DNA from: Atractiella rhizophila
Taxonomy: Eukaryota
Direction: 5' to 3'
DNA length: 57,406 nt
Assembly (NCBI GenBank): GCA_021432655.1
Contig: MU271254.1
Location: 62,001 to 119,406 of the forward strand
In this document: piece by piece, positions 40,301-51,531 of the stretch
How the letters are laid out: each line of letters starts with the position of its first letter
Position numbering within the stretch: position 1 is the stretch's first letter
The notes under the pieces: model-generated
Told to the model about the DNA's origin: nothing
Seen by the model: the letters and a program-made list of their open reading frames with translations, nothing else
The model's database searches: none
Translations under genes and position numbers: made by a program

Positions 40301-41012
40301 GGTGAACGATCGGTTTCCGGCACTCTTCTTTGCGGACCTAGTCAAACATCGAATTGAAATCATGCCCAACCTGATCGAACACAAAACAAAGACAGAAACT
40401 GAGCAACGCAAAAAACCGATCAGACAAAGGACCAAGCTGGTAGATGCTCGAATTTCGCGCTCGAGGTTGGGTTTCGAAGGTGCCGTCCCTGATCACAACG
40501 CCCGCGGGGCCCTTCTCGCAGAAAGGGTACAAAATCAATTGAATCCCACCAAGAGTCCTCCTGCTGCCGAACCACTCGTCGAGACTCCCATCCAAACCGT
40601 GTCGTCACCGGTAGGTGTTGAACCGGATTCAACCCAGGATTCAACGCATCCCCCGACGGAAGAACGATCAAAGTCGAGTGACGAATCAAAGGTGGAGCCG
40701 TCTGAGGAGCCCATAAAAGATGACGATGCTGGTGCCGTTACCTCCAAAGAAGGTGGAAAAGATGAAGATCCACCCCTAGAACCTTTCACTCCGCCTACCA
40801 AAAAACCTACTATCAACACAACTACCCTGCTCAGACGAGAAAGCGACCGAAAGGGTAAACTGAAAGGACCAAGGCCCATCACGCCAACGGTGACAGCATC
40901 ACCGATGACATTTGACGGAGAACTCCCTTCAGGCAAAACGGCCAGGCGTAATTCTTTTAGTAGAACGGTGTCAGAGGAAGGCCCTGCAGTATCAACGGAG
41001 GCGACATCCTAA
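37340..41012 (+). CDS. F-BAR/FCH (plus DEP-like) RhoGAP, Rgd2/Rga8-like
   Basis: PSFANS/FWTTDYRRGLATLHTKL FCH start; LIERYKTGNFRP; ERRKVWIYEVPL...VVASALK...LLEMDPP GAP domain; many short introns. Confidence 0.82.
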
Positions 41013-42399
41013 AGCAAGCTCGGATACTCGTAGGTGGGTTATCTGACGGACCATACTTGTTTGATGACTTAATGATATTTGGGCTGCTCTAAATGTCATA
41101 AAATTGACTGTTGCTTTCAATGTTGGAATTGGAGTGCTCTGGATGTGGTTTGAAATGAATACTGCTTTCCATATTGGATGAGTGGCCATGTTCACCAGCA
41201 GCCTTTAACTGCTCCAGTCCGACAGTCTATTGATCGAATCGGAACAAGTGCTGAATCACAAGCGGTACATCTCGCAATTGTACATCAGAGTAAGCAGCTG
41301 CAAGGTATAAATGCCTCGTGATGATGATTGTCTGCAGTGCAATATTTTATCTCTTTCTACATCAAACAGCGGCAAGTCGTTCTTGCTCCAATTTGGCATA
41401 GAAAGCCTCTCGCTTCCTTACTGATAAATGGAGTCAGCGAAAGTACAAGAGGTACACAGGAGGGAGAACATACCTGCCGGAATGTGGTATCCATACCTGT
41501 TTTCTCTCATGGTCAGACACGCGAGACAAAATTTAACGATACGAACCAGTAAGCATATGCGGCGACTACCCCACTACCGATAGAGAAGGAAAGGTCGAAT
41601 ATAAGACGTTTCTAACAAAACAGGCAAGGTCACCACAGAAAAAGGCAACCTCGCACGCATACCTTGAGTTTTCCTGTCACCATATTCAGTAATCCAAAAG
41701 GAGTTGCAGAGCTGCAAAACATACCAGTGATTGGAGCGATGGGCATTGTAACTACTTCTTTCTTTCTCTTCGTGGTTTCTTGGGTGCCGGTGCTGTAACT
41801 TCGGTTCCGGTTCGGGTCCTATTGCTTCCGACCGCAATAGCTTGAAAGCTCGACCTCAACTCATTACATTGTGTTATTAACGGATGGATCGCTATGTAGG
41901 TCTTCAATTCTAATGCAAATTGACACGAGTCGGTTCCTCGACCTATAACCACCGCTTCCCTGGTCAATTCCGTCAGTGCTGCACTGAAGACAAGGACCAA
42001 AGAAGCCGACTGATGCTACTCCTGTCATGCCACCGCTTCTTCTGTTGTTGAATGCCCCTATCAACAGATGTGATTTCAGTTCCTAAACTAGCAGATTGAG
42101 ATGGGCATCATCATCGGATGCCTACAACACATCAGTCTGCCTACCTATTTATTGATAAAAGCTAGACACATGAATAAAGATATTGCTAGAAGAACATAAC
42201 AATCTTTGATACATATGTAGCTGAGTTTTTCTTCCATAGTTGATCAGCAGGCAACTGGTTGAATGCTCAGTTCAACAGTAACCTTCCTCTCTCCTGCTAT
42301 CAGCAACCTAGCAGAGAGATGGTCTATCCACATTCGAGCTCATTGTCTGCTGAATCAGAGGAGAACTGTCTTGATGTGCACAAGCGACCATATGCTTGA

Positions 42400-43018
42400 A
42401 GGCAGTGCTACATTATGTACAGTCGCTGGTGGTTGATGTGTCTGTAGTTGAGATGAACCTGAGTATGAAATATAACAAGATACTAACCTGTAGAGGAGAT
42501 GAACCTAAGAGAATACTCTAAGGTTATTATTTCATGATTTATATATAAGTGCAAGGCACTGCCATAAATTGTAAAGAGGGTTGCATAAAACATGGAGGAT
42601 GACTAAATCAAGTAATGGATATAATCAGGAATAAGTTATAAGGGGAGGAACAGCATGAAACGAGAACAAGAAAGATGCAAAGTGGTGCTGAATCTGCAGA
42701 GTGGCAAACTGCACTGGAGGATTCAGGGCAGCAAACTGCATAGGAGGATGTAAGGCAGCGAATAGCTCAGTGCTGACCAGCAAAATGGGAAGAAGGTCAC
42801 ATGACCCAGATGAGTGTCAGAGTTTGGCAGCGTTTTAAGCTACATTTGTGCCACTGTCATTTGTGGCTCTAGTTTTCTTTCCCCTTTGCCGTTTCTCTCA
42901 TTTTGCCGAGTTCCTCAAGGTATAAAACGCCCACTATAACTTCATTGTAATGTATTCCTTTAGACCCTTGGAATCAACAATGAGTACATTTCAGTAATTC
43001 GTGAGAGCAAGCCTGACA
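42400..43018 (-). mobile_element. Degenerate solo LTR of the gypsy family, interrupted by a 165-bp insertion
   Basis: Aligns with 52881-53299 and 43609-44013 (actaacctgtag...gagaatactct; end gcaagcctgaca). Left end eroded. Confidence 0.8.
42815..42979. mobile_element. 165-bp TG...CA element (short solo LTR) with ATGAG target-site duplication
   Basis: ATGAG|TGTCAGAG...AATCAACA|ATGAG. Removing it restores collinearity with the LTR at 43609-44013. TATAAAA near 42921. Confidence 0.85.
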
Positions 43019-43608
43019 ACACCCCCAAATTTCTAGCCAGAGCAGGTGAGTCAGGTGACTATTCTTTGTCTGGTCGATTTCATCATACACACACCCAACA
43101 TCTATCAAAAAACAGTTCTTTGATTTTGTGTTGGAAAACAATGATAGGAAGGTAAGTACAGCTTATTGGGACCTGAAGAAGGTGAAGGAGGCAACCTTCT
43201 GGCAATTCGCCGTATGTTGGAATGGAGAAGAAGTGATACTTCCGTATAATATCAAGCCCACTCTCTGATGTTGACTTTGTTTACATCCTCATTGACACTG
43301 GTACAGTACAAGCAGCATAGGATCTCATGAAGGGTTTAGAAATAAGTGCATGCTGCCACAGTTACATTTAGCGGAAATGGAGGCATTAACTCTGGCAATA
43401 GGTAGATAAAGTGACAATTGTTGATAAAGAAGCCATAAAACACAGCTTTCGGCCATATGAATTGATGCAGATGTATCTTACAAAGGAAGGAGCAAGAGAT
43501 ATTTTGGTTGACCTAAAAATGAAGCTTGTGAGAAGAGAGAAAATAAGGATTGGAAATGAAATGACATGCAGCAGATGAGAATTCAAGGACACAAAGATTT
43601 AAACATGG

Positions 43609-44013
43609 TGTTAGGGCTGACACTATGTACTGTCACAAACCAGTGATGTGTCTGTATTAGAGATAAACCTAAGAATATCATAACATGAAGTGACTAACCT
43701 GTAATGGGGATAAGCCAAAGAGAATACTCTAATGTCATCACCACTACATCACAATTTATATATATGTGTGTAAGGGCAACAAAGATATGCTAAGAAGAGC
43801 AATACAAAGGGATGTCAAGACAAAAACTGTGATGGTGCAGACTGGCGAATTCAATGGGATTTACTGAGCTCTGACCTGTACATTGAGACACAATGCGGCA
43901 GAGAGTGTGGCAGGTGCAAAGTGGTGCTTGGTAAGAGCATGAACTTGTGAAGTAGGAAAGTAGGTCATGTGACCTAACTTAGTGCATTTCAGTAATGTGT
44001 GGGAAGCCTGACA
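43609..44013 (-). mobile_element. Solo LTR of the gypsy family (405 bp)
   Basis: TGTTAGGGCTGACAC...AGCCTGACA termini; 5-bp TSD CATGG/CGTGG (4 of 5 match). Confidence 0.9.
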
Positions 44014-44781
44014 CGTGGTAGCAAAGGACCCTGAGGTAGGAGTAGTGAGAATGCTGTCAGACTATGTGACACCTATTACTTTTATCTTGCCTTTCTTATC
44101 AAAAGATCAATATTCATTCGCTGGTATGTCTGTCGCCAAATTCATTGTATATGACTGGAAGATGTAAGTTGGTGACAAGTAGCTTAATGCAGCGAAATAT
44201 CATTATTTTTAACCCAGACAACAAGAAGCATACTCTCATGCTACAGCAGATATCAAATTTGGATAAATTGGATCTAGAATTGGGTATCATTAAATCTCAG
44301 GCTAATCCACACATTCCCTCCACTGTGACAAGCATAGGAACACAGCATTGCAGCAATTGTATAGGGATAAACCTAACAGCACTGGTCAAAGGGGCAAAGA
44401 AGAAAGTGGACGCTGATATCGATCCTTAAGCATGCAATATACTGCTGGACAAGTTGGTACAGTGTTTGCACATATTGCCATAGTTCTCACAAAAGGTGTA
44501 TGGACCTTTTCTTGGAACACTTGAGAGAGTTTTCTGTGCTCATTGTAATGTCAACATCTTTCTATCATAAACGTATAAGCAGTGGGAAGAAATGTCCATT
44601 GGCACCTATGGAGAGCAGATACACTGTGGATGTCTTTTCTAGGAAAGAGGTGTGATGTAAAACAATAAGAAACAGTAATAAATTGGGATAAAGCAATGAC
44701 TTACTGGTAATTTCCGGAAAAGATACAGGATTGGAGAACATGAAATATCCACATGCCATGGAGGAGAATACAGGAATCAGA

Positions 44782-45040
44782 TGTCAGGGCTGACATTCTG
44801 TAAGTAGAGGCTGCCAAGTAGAGTGGATATCCTGGGTATTATTATAATGATAGAAGAGAGATACTAACCTGCCAAGTAGAGTGGATATCACAAGAGTATT
44901 TATATACAGACAGCCACAAGTCCAGAATGTTCCAGCATATTCCACTGTTAACTCTATTTGCCACATGCCCAACAGAACCTTTTAGACCATTTGTTATATA
45001 TTCCAGAACATGAGTCATGCTTCAGAAGTGAACCCTAACA
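44782..45040 (-). mobile_element. Solo LTR of a second family (259 bp)
   Basis: TGTCAGGGCTGACA...CCCTAACA with perfect TSD TCAGA. It shares only the terminal ~14 bp with the main gypsy LTR. Confidence 0.9.
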
Positions 45041-45154
45041 TCAGAAACCTCTTTCAACTGGGATATCCACCTGTTTTTAACTGGAATAAGGTGCATTCAA
45101 GATTATCGGGCTGTCTAAATTAGCGCTGTTTGTACAATATACATATCACTTGTA

Positions 45155-45220
45155 TGTACAGGAAGTGAATTGTTTATGTACAGGAAGTGAATTGTTTATG
45201 TACAGGAAGTGAATTGTTTA
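45155..45220. repeat. 22-bp tandem repeat x3 (TGTACAGGAAGTGAATTGTTTA)
   Basis: Three exact copies. Confidence 0.92.
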
Positions 45221-45563
45221 AATTGAGCTCATGAGCTCAAACAATAACAAAACTATAAAGGAATGGCATATCTCAGTTGGACCTGGACAAGAATCATTCA
45301 TACTCTCACCCATACTATCCTCTGAACTATGCTCCTTCTCCTGGACCTCAACCTCATCATCCATCCGATTGACAGCTCATGGGTTCCCATTCCCTCGAAT
45401 GCGCGATACCATTGTTTTAGTCCTTGTCATTGCTCCTTATGTGGTATAGGCATCCTTTGTTGTTGTCATTCCATCACTGCCATTAGTGAAGGTGTTTGTG
45501 TTAGGGCTGACACTGCCTGTCAAAGCAGCGAAAAAGAAAGCCAAGGGCGACAATGACTCTTAG

Positions 45564-46279
45564 GTGTGCGACTTTTCTGCTGGGCATGTCGCAACTGCGT
45601 TCGGTCGCGTCTGCTCGCGCTGTCACAGTTCTCGCAAAAGGTGTGAGGTTTTGCCCTTGGGGTATCTGTGAGAGCTTTCGATGTTAGTCATAATGTCAAC
45701 TACGTTCCATCCTAAACGTGTTGGCGACGGGAAAAAACGACCTTCGGCTTTGGTCGAGAGCAACTACGAGAATATTTCGGACGGCGACGAGGAATCTCCC
45801 GCACAATCGATGTTGAGCGCCGCTCAGTTGTACTCTGAAGCATTTAGCCTGGATTTTGCGCAAACTATGCTCGCAGCCGCTAGGTTAAATGCACAAGCGG
45901 CGGCGGAGGCTCTCAAGGCCACCGAATTGCAAATGGAGTTGTACAAGAGGAGGCAGGATGATCGTGCCGCTGAGGATGGGGCTAGCGAGGGTTCTGTGGT
46001 GGAAGGTATGATCGCTGACGTGACCGGTAGGGTAAGTTCATCCATTTTTCGGCGATCTGTCTGACTATCTAGATGTTGTTTAGGCATCGTAGGGCACCTG
46101 ACCCATCGCCAGCTGCAGAAAATGTGTCGTATCGGCGAAATTGAGTTTCGACTGGGCGACTTAAACCCTTCGTTGGCCCAAGAGGCCTATGATAATTCCA
46201 ATTATGATGCATATTCTGTTTCTTCTTCGAGCAGTAGCGATAGTGAGGAGTCCGTCCAGAGTGGTGGTTTTGATCTCTG
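45564..46279 (+). pseudogene. Antisense accessory ORF in the retroelement 3' region (Cys cluster plus coiled-coil-like segment), probably spliced
   Basis: VCDF...CSRCHSSRKRCE is in frame with ORF 45681-46064 across one TGA (45669). Candidate intron 46006-46083 opens a 65-codon second exon ending at TGA 46279. Confidence 0.5.
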
Positions 46280-49200
46280 AAATGTATGCGTTTTGCGTCT
46301 CCGTATTAGCGGCGAATTGCCGGGCGGCGACAGATGTAAATTTGTCGTAGTGGCAAAAGAACGCGTAGTGAGTGGGGAGAACAATGGCAAGGAGGGTGAT
46401 ACAGGACTCACACTCCCCTGTCTAGGGGAGGACCCTCAGGCGTTCCTCCCACTAGCTACCCAAGCTTATTTTGGAGCTCGCAACCAAACAGGCCTGGGCC
46501 ACGCGCTCGTGGACACAACGCGCAGTATAACGGGTCGGCGATTTGCGTGCTCGTCGCCGGTCTGCCTTCTTCGTGGAAGAATGTGTTGTCGAGCGAACAA
46601 GCATGGGGAAGCAAAGGTAAAAGCAAAAAATAGGAAACAATAATCATCAAAACCAGAACAGAGTGTAGGATGAGGGGAAGCAGTTGTGTACCTCACAATT
46701 GAGGGATTTTTGAAGTTTGACCGGTATTGTTTTGGTGCAGTAAGCAACTGTTCGTGGAAATGGGGCGAGTAACTCACCGACAAACCGGTCGCCGATCTGT
46801 CCATTGAGGAACAGACCGGCGCCTCGCCTAGACCTATGTTCAACAATGTGACTAGGGATTCACCCAGCGAGGCGTGTAGAGGAGTAGGACCTCTTAAAGT
46901 GAGGGGGAGGGGACCTCGCGATTGAGGATAATTTTCGTAAATGCGACATTGGTGATGGTGCGAGAACGCAATGAGCATTCGTCTTTGACGGGCGACGAAT
47001 GGACTCACCGACGACCAAGTCACCGACTTGTCCGTTGAGCAACAAGTCGGCACCTTGCCTTGACCTAAGTATCAAAGACTAGGATTTCACCCGGCAAGGC
47101 ATATAGGGGTGTTGGACCCCTTAAAGTGAGGAAGACCCTTCAGCATGTTTTCGTCGAAGGTTACGAAAACGCGCATTTGGGCGATTTTTGGCGGAGTTCG
47201 GTATGGAATCGGGACGAACTGCGAGAGGGTGTGCAGTGTGATAGTCTTTTACGGCATCCTGTGAGTTTTCGAGATCCGTGATGTTGATCCACTCGTCCTC
47301 AGATGGTGAATACCCTTTGTATCCAACGCGATATTTGAAAACTCTATTTCGGGTACCGAACCATTTCCTGTCAACAATTTTTTCTACTTCCCATTCCTCA
47401 ATTCCATTCACCAATTCTGGAGGTGGTTTGGGCAACTGGACTCTGCCAGGGATGTCGTCTTCGTTGACTTTTCGTATTAGGCCCACATGGAACACTGGAT
47501 GTATCTTCCAGAGGATGGCAACTCGAGTTTAAGGTTGAGGGGACCCAAAACTTGCAAAACGCGAAAAGGGCCATGCCATTTGTCGTCCAACTTTTTGACA
47601 GGTCTCGTCGATTTGATGTTTTTCGCGCTCAACCAGACGAAATCGCCGACATGATATTCGGGCGCCGGTGCGCGTTTTCTGTCATAATGTTTTGCCATGA
47701 GATCTGCTGCTTGCTCGAGTGCCGCTTGTGCTTCCCGGTCGGCGATTTGCATCTTTTCGACGAATTGTGCCGCCGCGGGAACGTCCTCGTCGGAGATGGG
47801 TTCAAAGGCCATGCGTGGATGTTGACCACAGTCGAGCGAAAATGGAGTTACGCCCGTCGCCGAACTGACGCGATTGTTGAGTGCAAATTCTGCATTGGGG
47901 AGTCCTTCCACCCAATTATCCTGAAGGTGGTTGCAGAAAATGCGCAAATATTGTTCAACCTCTTGGTTCATACGTTCAGTTTGACCATCAGTCTGCGGGT
48001 GATAGGCTGTCGATGGTGAACCTTTGATACCTAATAGGCGAAAAAGTGCAGATGTGAATTTGGACACGAATTCTTTGCCTCGATCGAAAATTGCGACATC
48101 AAAAAGTCCATGTAACTTCCATACGTGATCGCGAAAAAGTCTTGCAAGGCCTTCTGCATCCATCGTCGAATGGGTGGGGATGAGATGGGTGCGTTTTGAG
48201 AGTCTGTCTACTATGACGAAAATTGTGTCAAAACCCCCCAGATTCTGGGAGTGGTCCAACCAAGTCCATGCTGACAATTTGCCAGCGACGTGTGGAATGT
48301 TATTTGGTTGCAAAAACCCGACAGGTGGGGAAGGAAAGTTTTTCGTTCTGTGGCAAGTGTGACAGGCGCCGACATAGCGGCGAACGTAATGCGCTAAACC
48401 TGGCCACCAATAGTACCTTTTTTACTAGAGCTGTTGTCGATTTTACGCCTGGATGACCGGCGATTTGCGAATCGTGCAGGTCTTGCAAAATCGAGCGGCG
48501 AATTTCGTCGTCTTGGGAATGTAGAGTTTTCCACGAAAATAGACAGCGCCATCGACTTCTTGCCACTCCCGTCGGCGAATTGCATCGACTGGTTCGTCTA
48601 GGATTTCTCTCAAGGCTTTGACTACTTGTTCTTCCCGTTCAGGTACCTTTTTCACACGTTCCAGTATACTCAACTCCGACATTTGTCTAGTGAGCGCAAC
48701 CGCGCTCCAGTCGCGTTGATCGTGATACGATCCGTGTTGAAAAACGTTCTGGGAGTAATACTACGTCAAAGTTGTCGCAAGTCGCCGGTTTGTGATCCGG
48801 TCGCCGACTGAGCGCATCTGGTTTTGCGGAGTTCCGCCCAGGACGGTGTAAAAGTGTGAAGTTGAAGGATGCAAGTTCGGTGATCCAGCGTGCCTGTCGG
48901 CGATTCAACTTCTGCGGCATTCTGAAATACTCGAGGTTTTTTGTGATCGGTCAGGATCAGAAATGGCTCATCAGTACCTTGTAGAAGGTGTCTCCATTCT
49001 TGCAGTCCCCGCATAATCGCGAGCATTTCTTTGTCGTAGGTGTCATAGTTCCTCTGGGCAGCGTCGAGCGATTTTGATACGAAACCGAGAGGATGAAACT
49101 TCCCATCTGGTTTCATTTGTGACAAAATGGCCCCTGTCGCGAAATTTGATGCATCGACTTCGAGCAAAAATCGTCCTATTTGTTCGGGATGTGCCAAAAC

Positions 49201-50564
49201 GAGCGCCGAAGTCATGAGCTGCTTTAAAGCGGCGAACGAACGTCGTTCGTCTACCCCCCAGACCCAGGAAATCTCCTTTTTGGTCAGTTCGTATAAAGGT
49301 CTTGCAATGTGACTAATTCTGTCGCAAAAACGGCAATAGAAATTAGCGAAACCAAGGAACATTTGGACTTCCTTCATGTTTTTTGGTTCCGGCCAATCCA
49401 TCACTCCTGCAACCTTTACTGGATCCGGTTCGATCCCTCTGCTGGTAATGATCAATCCTAGATACTCTACTTCACTTTGACACCAGACACATTTCTGTAA
49501 GTTAACATAAAGCCCATTTTCGCGCAAAATTTGACAAACTTGTCGAACGTGTTCCCAGTGTTCTTCTTCAGTTTCTGTCGCAATTAGGAAGTCGTCTATG
49601 TATATGAAGATGAACGCGGCGGCGATCATAGCGCGGAAAATAGAGTTCAGGAAAGCTTGGAAAGTCGCCGGTGAGTTGCAGAGTCCGAAATACATTACCA
49701 ATGGTTCGAAAAGTCCTCAATTTGTGCGAAACGCAGATTTGTGTTCGTCTCCCTCTTTGATACGGACGTTGTTGAACCCTTTCCTCAGATCAATCTTGCT
49801 GAAAAACTTCTTACCAGAAACCATGGAAAAGAGGTCAGCTTGAATGGGGAGTGGGGTCTTGTCTTTGACTGTGGCTTCGTTCAGCTTTCGATAATCGAAA
49901 AGGGGACGAAGTTCGGAGGAGTCTTTTTTGTGCGTGAAAAAAACAGAAGCTCCATGTTCACCTGTGCTAGGACGTATACGACCGGCGCTTAGTTCGGCGT
50001 CAATGAATTGGTCGAGCGCCGCTTGTTCGTCTCTTTTCAAGGGGTAGACCGGGCCCGCATATGGTCGTGATTCGGGTATGAGGTTGATCACGTGATCCCA
50101 AGGACGTCGGGGAGGAAGAGAAGTTTTGAACTTTTCGTCGTCGAAAATGTCCGCAAAATCGGCGATTTGCGTTGGTATTTCGACGACATTTTTTGGTCTC
50201 ATCGCCGCTGCGTCTTTTGCCAGTTTCTGCGATTTTGTCATAGCGGCTCGTATCGAGGTCGACGATGGCGGGAAGTGTTCGCGAGTGGTAGACACGTCAT
50301 CTGCATTGCAACTGGTAGGGCAACGAGAGAACTCAACTTTCCCTGAGTCCCAGTTGATCTCTGGGTTATGGTGTCTTAGCCAGTCATGGCCCAGAATCAT
50401 GTCGACAGTCCCTAAGTCTGCTACAGCGAATTGCCAAACCTCGTGGTGAGCGGCGATCGAAATGGGCAAGTAAGTGGCAGAATGGATGGATCCACCTTGA
50501 TTAAGAGATCCGTCGATGTTATAAACAGGTACTGGGGAAGGAAGTTGAGTGACAGGTAGGTTGT

Positions 50565-51171
50565 TGTCAGGTTTGGATCTTACGCAAATCGGCGCCCGTT
50601 CGCCGGATTGCGTCTCCTATCGCCCCATTTGCGTTCCGTGCGAATCGGCGCCCGTCGCCACTGCGTCTCCCGTCGCCACTGCGTCTCCCGTCGCCACTGC
50701 GTCTCCGTCGTCACTGCGTCTCCCGTCGCCACTACTCGGTCACTGCGTCTCCCGTCGCCACTGCGTCTCCCGTCGCCACACTGCGTCTCCCGTCGCCACT
50801 GCGTCTCCGTCGCCACTCGCGTCTCCCGTCGCCTATTTGCACGCAGTGCAAATCGGCGCCCGTTCGCCCATTTGCGCCTACATCACCACTTAGCCCAATT
50901 GTGCCTATCCTCCTCTTATTAACTCCGCGTAATCCCACTGTCACTTCCCCTTCTAGTTCTCTTACATGTTTCATCTGCTCTCCTCTACGCTCTGTGGCAG
51001 TGTTATTCCGCTTGTATATTATAGATCAGAGAGTAGTGGAGGTGACCTCAGAGTATTCTCTTAGGTTTATCTCCACTACAGGTTAGTCTTCATGTCATAT
51101 CATGCTCTTAGGTTTATCTCCACTACAGACGCATCGCCCGTCGGCGACCGCACATAGTGTCAGCCCTAACA
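50565..51171 (+). mobile_element. Solo LTR of the same gypsy family (607 bp), inserted in inverted orientation in the protease ORF
   Basis: GTTGT|TGTCAGG...AGCCCTAACA|GTTGT perfect TSD. Excision restores ...VSAYN-LPVTQLPSPVPVYNIDGS in frame. Confidence 0.95.
50650..50833. repeat. ~18-bp GC-rich minisatellite (CCCGTCGCCACTGCGTCT)n in the LTR U3
   Basis: About 9-10 variable units, bracketed by the direct repeat GCAAATCGGCGCCCGTTCGCC. Confidence 0.9.
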
Positions 51172-51486
51172 GTTGTATGCAGAAACGAGTTTTGGAGAAA
51201 TAAAAGAAGTAGTTGCGCCGCTGTCAACGAGCGCCGACGTGGCGTGCCGGCGATGGGAATGTGGATGGTGGAATGCGGTTCTGAGCTTCGTCTTCGAACT
51301 GACAAGAGATGCTGTTGTCGAGCGTAAGTGGACTTTGTCGTACATTTTTGCGACTTCTGCGCATCTTTGCCTCCAGGAGGGAAAACGCAATTTCGGGAAT
51401 GGGGAGTCTTGTTCAGATGGGGGGAATACTATGCTGGGCGGCATCTTGTTGGAAGTGATTTTTGATGACGTAAATGAATTGCAAGT

Positions 51487-51531
51487 CGGCGATGGGGACA
51501 CTTCTTCCACCCACCGCCGTCCTAAAAATCC
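51487..51531 (-). promoter_or_regulatory. Putative -1 ribosomal frameshift signal at the gag/pol junction
   Basis: G GAT TTT TAG at the gag end; pol is in the -1 frame; 10-bp stem CGGCGGTGGG/CCCATCGCCG 5 nt downstream. Confidence 0.75.

Larger units (their letters stand above)
47121..51531 (-). pseudogene. Gypsy pol: protease, reverse transcriptase, RNase H, integrase, chromodomain
   Basis: ALVDSGAT; KIDLRKGF, GLCNSPATFQ, YIDD; VDASNFA, YDKEMLAI, TDH; VDRLSK, HPQTDGQTERMNQ, WHGPF; EEWEVEKIVDRK...YKGYSPSEDEW. Several frameshifts, one TGA (49717) and an LTR insertion. Confidence 0.93.

Noticed and set aside
41574..42064. Short minus-strand ORFs at the edge of the repeat block
   Set aside because: No recognisable motif, and I could not build a consistent gene model.
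43020..44780. AT-rich spacers with short ORFs, possibly a decayed transposase
   Set aside because: No diagnostic motif recognised.
46395..46430. Minus-strand AGGGGAG-TGTGAG as polypurine tract plus LTR start (hairpin CTCCCCT/AGGGGAG)
   Set aside because: The following sequence does not resemble the element's 5' LTR and no partner copy is in the window; left unresolved.
50549..50974. Repetitive ORFs (PVATAS, RRHCVS, WRRETQ) and a CRISPR-like appearance
   Set aside because: Translations of an LTR minisatellite; no unique spacers or cas genes; eukaryotic context.
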